The notes under the pieces were generated by a model. It had not been told where the DNA came from, ran no database searches, and was given only the letters and a program-made list of their open reading frames with translations. Shown here piece after piece: positions 45,376 through 51,418 of a DNA stretch of 51,418 bases; within the stretch, counting starts at the first letter, position 1, and every line of letters begins with the position of its first letter. This stretch comes from a virus (Duplodnaviria > Caudoviricetes), in IMG/VR virus record IMGVR_UViG_3300024222_000008, positions 1 through 51,418 of that record. One strand, given 5' to 3'. A program made the position numbers and the translations under genes.

Positions 45376-47910
45376 TTACGGGGTGCATGGCAGGACCGCC
45401 TTCCAGTTCACCGTCACGGTGAAACCGACCGCGACGCCGATCCAGATCGTGAAGGTGGAGGCGTTGGGACTGGCCATCCAGACCGTCACCGCCGGCGGAT
45501 TGCCCAGGCCGCTCGCCTCGGTCAGGGTGATGTCCTGGAACCGCGGCGTGCCCGGCAGGCCATGCGCCACGACAATGCTGGTCGCCCCGGCGCCGATGTT
45601 CACGGTGCCGCGGTTCTGGCTGGCGTAGCCGATATTATTGGCGATGATCTCGTTGGTGCCGGGATACGTGCCGTTCTGCAGACCGGCGCCGATCAGCGGA
45701 TTGGTGCCGCCGTTCAGCAGATCATTGTTGACGATCTGATAGTAGGAGGAACTTCCGCCGATGTTGACCGCGGCCGCACCGTTGTTGCCGAAACCCCCGT
45801 AGGCGCCGACCTTGCAGTTGGTGATCCTGAAGTTCTGCGACCCGGCAAAGAACTGGATACCGGTCTGCGCATTGCCGGCGATCTTGCAGCCAATGACGTT
45901 AATATTACGCGCGTTCGCGTCCTGAATGTTAATCCCGTGCTGAGTATTGCCGAATATATGGCAATTATTGAGGTCGAGGCCGTCAACACTGCTGACCGAG
46001 GGTGACGATACCTGGACACCAGAATTGTCCATGCTGCACATCCAGCACTCGCTGAACCAGTTGCGCTGCACCACGCCGGTGCCGGTCGGCTGGATCAGGA
46101 CGCCGTCCTTGGCGTTGTCGAAGGCGGTGTTCACCACCCACATGGAGACGACGGCCTGGCCATTGCCCGGCGCCAGTTTGAGACAGGTGCCGCAGGCCAT
46201 GATCTCGGTGTTGATCAGCATGATGCCGCCGCTCTGCACCAGCAGGCCGATACCATTACCCGGGCGGGTGCCCTGTTCGATGATCAGGTTATCGATCACC
46301 GCGGCCTCGCCGCCGATATAGGTGATGGCGGTGCCGCCGGCCGCCCAGTTGAACATCTGACCGTCGATCAGCATAATATCGGACGTGCCGTTGACCTTAA
46401 TGCCGTTGAAGAAACTGGTCATCCAGAAGTTCTTCAGCCGGAAACGGGCCGCAGCATTGTTGTATGTCAGTAAAGTGCCGGACGTCGCCGTCACAGAACA
46501 AGTAAAACCCATATCCGTGATGTTGACGCAGGCATTGAACACGAACAGGTTGGCCGCCGCCTGATTGATCGAGACCATGGTGGACAGCCGACCGGAGCCG
46601 ACCCAGGTCATGTTCTTGGCCACAGTGATCGTCGCGGTGACCTTATAGGTGCCCATCGGCCAGAACACCGCGGCATTGGCCGGCACACCGGCGATCATGG
46701 CGTTGATCGCCGCGGTATCATCGGTTGCGCCGTCGCCGACCGCGCCGTAATCCTTGACACTGATCCAGTCGGACGAGCCGGGGACAATATGATTATCAAC
46801 ATACTGCTTGGTGGCCGCATCGAGGGGATCAACCGGGTCGAAGGCCAGTTTCAGCTCACCGGTCATGGCGCCGCCGGCGACCGGCAAGAACAGCCCGGCG
46901 CCGCCGATATGGCTGTCAACATACTGCTTGGTGGCCGCGCCCAACGGCACGATCGGGTCACCCGACAGCACCAGCAATCCGGTCATGGTATCGCCGGTCC
47001 GCAACATCCGGGTATCGGCATATCGCTTGGTAGCCGCGCCCAGGGCCAGGGTCGGATCGCCCGACAGGATGAGCGGGCCGGTCATCGTGCCGCCGGACGT
47101 CGGCAGAAACGAGTGACTGTCGACATACTGCTTGGTGACCGCCCCGAGGGGGTCAACCGGATCGCTATACAGGATCAACGGCCCCAGCAGGGTGCCGCCG
47201 TCGATCGGCAGATAGGGCAGGCTTTCGCCGACATCCGGCGACATAATATCGATCTGCACCATCGAACCGGCGCGCAGCGGGGTCAGGAACGTGACGATCG
47301 AATTGGCCGGATCGAGGGTCCAGTCGCCGCTGCCGGGGTTGGGTGTGTCATCCGGCAGACGGGCGCCGTTGACGAAGATTTCCAGCGGCTCGGCCGACAA
47401 TATCGTATACGTGCGGTTGCCGAGATCGGGCGCGGCCAAAGGGAACACCGTCTGGTTCGCCGTGGCGCGATACAGCAGGCTCTGCATCCGCTGGCGGGCG
47501 CCGAAATTGATCGCCGCCTGATGCGCCCACCACCGGGCGGACCAGTGGTCCCCGGTAATGCCCATCACCGCGAGGATATTGGGCGGGATGGTGTCCGGCA
47601 TATGCTCGGCCCATGCCTGGGTCACATCGGCATAATCCGACGCCAGGGCGGCGAAATACGCCGCATCGCTGTCGGAATTGCCATCATCCGGGTCGGTGGG
47701 CGGCTGGCTGAGGCTCACCTCGACCCAGCTGATCACCTGCGAGATCGAGGCATTGGCGCGGTCATACTCGGCGTCCAAACGGTCGCCGGGGGGTGGCGCA
47801 GTGGGGTTGTTCACCTGGAAATCGGTGAACGAATACTGCCTGACGGGAGGCACAGGTGCAGGGACAGGCACCAACGCCAGTGGCGTGGGTGTCTTGGGCA
47901 TCGCCGTCAC
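45376..47910 (-). CDS. tailspike / depolymerase (beta-helix)
   Basis: Four LP..GG..GPL.L..DP...A.TKQYVD-type repeats, then SVKDYGAVGDGATDDTAAI and a beta-helix. Confidence 0.85.
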   Translation of the reverse strand: MTAMPKTPTPLALVPVPAPVPPVRQYSFTDFQVNNPTAPPPGDRLDAEYDRANASISQVISWVEVSLSQPPTDPDDGNSDSDAAYFAALASDYADVTQAWAEHMPDTIPPNILAVMGITGDHWSARWWAHQAAINFGARQRMQSLLYRATANQTVFPLAAPDLGNRTYTILSAEPLEIFVNGARLPDDTPNPGSGDWTLDPANSIVTFLTPLRAGSMVQIDIMSPDVGESLPYLPIDGGTLLGPLILYSDPVDPLGAVTKQYVDSHSFLPTSGGTMTGPLILSGDPTLALGAATKRYADTRMLRTGDTMTGLLVLSGDPIVPLGAATKQYVDSHIGGAGLFLPVAGGAMTGELKLAFDPVDPLDAATKQYVDNHIVPGSSDWISVKDYGAVGDGATDDTAAINAMIAGVPANAAVFWPMGTYKVTATITVAKNMTWVGSGRLSTMVSINQAAANLFVFNACVNITDMGFTCSVTATSGTLLTYNNAAARFRLKNFWMTSFFNGIKVNGTSDIMLIDGQMFNWAAGGTAITYIGGEAAVIDNLIIEQGTRPGNGIGLLVQSGGIMLINTEIMACGTCLKLAPGNGQAVVSMWVVNTAFDNAKDGVLIQPTGTGVVQRNWFSECWMCSMDNSGVQVSSPSVSSVDGLDLNNCHIFGNTQHGINIQDANARNINVIGCKIAGNAQTGIQFFAGSQNFRITNCKVGAYGGFGNNGAAAVNIGGSSSYYQIVNNDLLNGGTNPLIGAGLQNGTYPGTNEIIANNIGYASQNRGTVNIGAGATSIVVAHGLPGTPRFQDITLTEASGLGNPPAVTVWMASPNASTFTIWIGVAVGFTVTVNWKAVLPCTP

Positions 47911-48239
47911 CAGGCGCCTCCATGTGTCTTGCTACGTCATGCAAGACACACTACACGTGAAGTGACAAGAAATGCAAACAACCCTGTGATCAGGGTTTTC
48001 AAAGGGTCAGACCCCGTCGCATAACCATCGCGCAAACGCCTGGAAAAGCATAGTTTTGTGCAATGCACTATCGAAACGAAACTTCGGGAAGTGCAAATTC
48101 GATCGCGAGGTCGATCATGGGTTCAACGCGGCCGGGCGGGACCCCCGGGAGGGGGCGGATAGCCCGGTGGCGCCTCGTCCCAGGACCGGCGGCGAGGGGG
48201 CGAGGACCACGGCCTACCCTTGGTCAGGGAGGGAATAAG

Positions 48240-48554
48240 TCAACGGGACCAAGGGGTTAGCCCTAGATCGCACACCTCTCGAAGGCGTTCAAGCTCCGAG
48301 ACCAGTTGGTCCCGGGACAGGCTGGCCAGCCCCTCCGAAGCGGTGCGGGACGGAGCCGGCTGATGCCGCCCGAGGCGCCCCTCAAGCTCGGCCAAAGTGC
48401 GCGCCGCCTGCACTCTGGCAGTCGCCGAAGCCTCTTCATTATCGATAACTGATCGTAACGCTCGGCGTTCATAACCCTCTGTTTTATCAGTGTCCCGTGC
48501 GTCCTGTAACGTTTTGTGGTCCCGTTTGTCCCGCCTCAAGCGTGTCCGGACCAT
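48240..48554 (-). CDS. putative terminase small subunit-like protein
   Basis: Helical ATARVQAARTLAELEG...LSRDQL..EL pattern; GGGAG RBS. Confidence 0.45.
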   Translation of the reverse strand: MVRTRLRRDKRDHKTLQDARDTDKTEGYERRALRSVIDNEEASATARVQAARTLAELEGRLGRHQPAPSRTASEGLASLSRDQLVSELERLREVCDLGLTPWSR

Positions 48555-48994
48555 GGCGTCCACACTCCCCTCGCTCGCGACGCTTGGCGCGCCACATCCA
48601 TCGCTTGGCGCTGCACGCGAGACCAGTAAAGCGGCGACTGGTCCCGCTTGTCCCAAGCCTGCACCAACGCCAAGCGAGCCGGCGCTCGCTCTGCCAGACG
48701 AACCGACGTGAGGTCCCGCCACACCGGCAATGCCATGAGATCCAGCGGCAGCAATCCAAGCCGTTCCAGACGACGCAACACCCGACTTTCGATCCGTCCG
48801 CCGTGGTCCTCCACGAAGCGCCTGCCAGGACCACCGTGAATACGGCAGTGGTCCCGTCCCCGCATCGCCATTTGCCGGCATCGCTTACACTTGCGCTGGT
48901 CCGCATACGGGACCTGGCACCGCAGTAACGCCGCAATACTGTTAGGTGAACCGCGCCACCCACCCAATCGCGATATTTCACCCGTTTGAGCCAT
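48536..48994 (-). CDS. HGGxSTG-like Zn-finger protein
   Basis: CKRC..MAMRG..HCRIHGG. Confidence 0.65.
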   Translation of the reverse strand: MAQTGEISRLGGWRGSPNSIAALLRCQVPYADQRKCKRCRQMAMRGRDHCRIHGGPGRRFVEDHGGRIESRVLRRLERLGLLPLDLMALPVWRDLTSVRLAERAPARLALVQAWDKRDQSPLYWSRVQRQAMDVARQASRARGVWTPWSGHA

Positions 48995-49106
48995 TTTTGT
49001 CTTGTCCCGTGCTTTTGTCGTGCTATGTGTCGTGTCCCGGTGTGACTAAACCGGGGGCCGAGACACGACACCACGACACCACACCACACCAAAGGACACC
49101 AATCAA
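48995..49106. promoter_or_regulatory. divergent control region with inverted GTGTCGTGTC/GACACGACAC operators
   Basis: Inverted repeat 49027-49036 / 49062-49071 plus ACACC tandem repeats. Confidence 0.6.
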
Positions 49107-50579
49107 ATGGCCTATCCATCCCACGTTGCCCGTGGCGCCTTGCGCCACGCGTTACGCACCCATCCCAATCGTTCAGCCGTCAATGCCGTGCTTGCAGACA
49201 AGCGCATCAATGACCTGACCGTGGACGAATTGAAAAGCGCCCTGCACACCATGGGCTATGACGTCCAAAACATCATTGACGTCGCACTCATGGGCCATGC
49301 CGCACCCAATCAGAACGACACGTCGCAGGACCAGGACACCGCGCCGATGACCGACACCGACGCCACCGATACAATCGAAACGGAATTGCAATCTATCCGT
49401 TCCCTGATCATGACGGGCGGATTTTCCAGTCTGGACGATAAGCTGCGCCAGCTGGTGATTGACGCGCACAAGCCTGCCGTGACCGTGATTGAACGCGTTG
49501 AAATTCAAGTCCCCGTTGACGTGGTCCCGGGCGCGCGTCCAATCCACACCGCGAAACAGACCGGAGCCGGCGAGACTTGGCACACGCTGTTCGGCGTGAC
49601 CGGAACCATGGCCAGCCGCACAACCGCCATCTGGGACGCCACGCATCCCGACACACCCAAAGTCAATGACAGGTATCTTTGGCCGCACCCTCAAACCGAG
49701 ACCGCTTTGTCCCAGTTGGCGCGCGGTCGCAACGTGATGCTGTTTGGTCCCGCCGGCACCGGTAAGACCGAATGGGCGCAACAGCTGGCCGCGAGGACCG
49801 GACGACCGTTCGCGTTGATCTCCTGCGACACCGGCACCGACGCCAGCACGCTCGTTGGCATGACGGTGCCTGACGCATCCGGTGGCGTGACGTGGCAGGA
49901 CGGCCAGCTGACACGAGCGATACAAACACCGGGTTGCGTCATCTGTTTGGACGAACCCAGTGTCGCACGCCCCGGCGCATTGTTCGTCCTCCAAAATGTA
50001 TTGGCTAACCGCCAACTGTTCGTTGCCGAGACGGGTCGCAAAGTCGTTGTCGCACCGGGGGTATTGTTTTTAACCACTGATAACACCAACGGGACCGGTG
50101 GTGGAGCAAGGCGCGGATATACCGACACCAATCGCTTGAACGCTGCTTTCCTTGACCGGTTCGGCGTGCGCGTGCGCGTGGACTATCTGCCGAGTGACCG
50201 TGAGACGGACGTGATTTGTGCTTACACCGGTTGCACAGCGGAACTGGCGCAGCTGTTGGTTTCAGCTGCAACCGTCACCCGTGCCGCTGCCGACAATCAA
50301 CAGCTATCCCATGGGATAGGATTGCGTCGGTTGCTGGCATGGTCTGAACTTTTGCAGGATGGCGTGGACGCTGAATACGCGTTCCAGAGCGCAGTGTTGA
50401 ACTGTGCCGCTGAACAAGACGTCGAAACGCTACGCGAACAATGCCTGTTGGCCTATGACCACACCAATGTGGCGCGGGCGCTGAAAGGTAAGACCGTTTC
50501 ATCTGATCCGGCGGACCCCTCCGTTACCAATCCATCCCCAGCTGGGCGCGCTGCCGCTACCAGCTTCACCACCGTTTGA
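49107..50579 (+). CDS. MoxR/CobS-like AAA+ ATPase
   Basis: GPAGTGKT, WQDGQLT, CLDE, TDNTNGTG, NAAFLDRF, LRRL motifs. Confidence 0.92.
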   Translation: MAYPSHVARGALRHALRTHPNRSAVNAVLADKRINDLTVDELKSALHTMGYDVQNIIDVALMGHAAPNQNDTSQDQDTAPMTDTDATDTIETELQSIRSLIMTGGFSSLDDKLRQLVIDAHKPAVTVIERVEIQVPVDVVPGARPIHTAKQTGAGETWHTLFGVTGTMASRTTAIWDATHPDTPKVNDRYLWPHPQTETALSQLARGRNVMLFGPAGTGKTEWAQQLAARTGRPFALISCDTGTDASTLVGMTVPDASGGVTWQDGQLTRAIQTPGCVICLDEPSVARPGALFVLQNVLANRQLFVAETGRKVVVAPGVLFLTTDNTNGTGGGARRGYTDTNRLNAAFLDRFGVRVRVDYLPSDRETDVICAYTGCTAELAQLLVSAATVTRAAADNQQLSHGIGLRRLLAWSELLQDGVDAEYAFQSAVLNCAAEQDVETLREQCLLAYDHTNVARALKGKTVSSDPADPSVTNPSPAGRAAATSFTTV

Positions 50580-50592
50580 TAGGGGAAACATC

Positions 50593-51418
50593 ATGCCTCG
50601 TTACATTGACGTGGTTCACGCCACCCATGAGACCGCAACCAAGATCCTGGCACTGCGGGAAGGTGGCAAGGTCACGCGTGAGGTTGTCGTCACCACCAAC
50701 GGAGGCGCGACAGCTTCCGTCAACTGGTCCGACCGGAAGCCCCTGGTCACGCTGAACATGCCCGGGTTGCCACCCGACGCGATACTAACCCGCGCGGAAG
50801 CTGACCGGCTGGTGGCGTTCATCGTCCACGAGTGTTGCCACGTGTTGCATAGCAACCGTGGCGCCTGGGAGCGGGCTTGTGCCGCTGGCGAGCGTGTCCG
50901 TCACTGGACGAATTGCCTTGAGGACGTCCGCATTGAAGCCGCTGAAATCAAAGCGGGGTTTTTCCCTGCCATGCGGACGCTACTCGGGACCATGAGCAAT
51001 CACCTGTTCATCGAAGCCCTGGGCAAGGCTGCGGGCATGAGCGTGACCATCGGCCAGCGCGTGTCCGATGCCCCGTATGTCGCCAGCGTGCTGGGTCGCA
51101 TCGCCAACGGCTACGCGATACCAGCCGCGCATACCCTCCGCACCGACATGAGTCGAAACGTGGCGCAGCTGGTCGATCATGCCCTGACAGGTGTCAGGCG
51201 ATGCCGCTCCACCGACGCGGTCAGGTTGTTGGCGCTTGAACTGATCCGCATGGAGCAAGCCCAGGCTCAGCAGGGCCAACAGGGCCAGCAGGGCACCCCT
51301 GACGCCCCTGGGGAGGCTGGAGAGGCCCCTGACGCCCCTGGGGAGGCTGGAGAGGCCCCTGACGCCCCTGGGGAGGCTGGAGAGGCCCCTGACGCCCCTG
51401 GGGAGGCTGGAGAGACCC
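50593..51418 (+). CDS. N-terminal part of CobT-like protein (HExxH metallopeptidase-like domain), runs off the end in the repeat
   Basis: Manually translated from ATG 50593 (AGGGG RBS): MPRYIDV...VHECCHV...NCLEDVRIE...QQGQQGTPDAPGEAGEAP; no stop before the window end. Confidence 0.88.
   Translation, partial: MPRYIDVVHATHETATKILALREGGKVTREVVVTTNGGATASVNWSDRKPLVTLNMPGLPPDAILTRAEADRLVAFIVHECCHVLHSNRGAWERACAAGERVRHWTNCLEDVRIEAAEIKAGFFPAMRTLLGTMSNHLFIEALGKAAGMSVTIGQRVSDAPYVASVLGRIANGYAIPAAHTLRTDMSRNVAQLVDHALTGVRRCRSTDAVRLLALELIRMEQAQAQQGQQGQQGTPDAPGEAGEAPDAPGEAGEAPDAPGEAGEAPDAPGEAGET
51298..51418 (+). repeat. 30-bp coding tandem repeat, ~4 copies
   Basis: Same unit as 1-262; last unit carries a variant (GAGACCC). 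Confidence 0.97.

Noticed and set aside
41178-47910. Diversity-generating retroelement or invertible fibre cassette
   Set aside because: No reverse transcriptase, no template/variable repeat pair, no serine invertase or inverted fibre fragments seen
49107-51418. Cobalamin biosynthesis auxiliary genes (cobS/cobT)
   Set aside because: No cobN or other cob genes; the partner carries an HExxH motif; similarity is better explained by the general MoxR/VWA family

Overview
The window looks like an essentially complete (~51.4 kb, GC-rich) temperate podovirus-type phage genome. The assembly is broken inside a 30-bp coding tandem repeat: the ORF starting at 50593 runs in frame off the right end and resumes at the left end through 1250. 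Modules in order: (i) MoxR/CobS-like AAA+ ATPase plus a CobT-like HExxH-metallopeptidase/VWA protein with a (DAPGEAGEAP)n linker; (ii) split RepB-like primase / D5-type SF3 helicase followed by a candidate origin; (iii) small early genes, tyrosine integrase, excisionase, two paralogous XRE regulators and a divergent Cro-like gene; (iv) RuvC, SNF2 helicase, DUF2800-type nuclease, DUF2815-type SSB and family A DNA polymerase; (v) an AT-rich convergence region with IHF-like sites (candidate attP); (vi) a minus-strand virion operon with three or four fibre/spike genes, terminase, portal, scaffold, major capsid, HNH, tail tube/nozzle, ejection proteins and a 2268-aa polyvalent protein. I saw no tRNA, CRISPR array, reverse transcriptase or canonical endolysin. 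All family calls come from motif recognition by eye, not database searches. The host cannot be determined from this sequence; an alphaproteobacterium is a guess.
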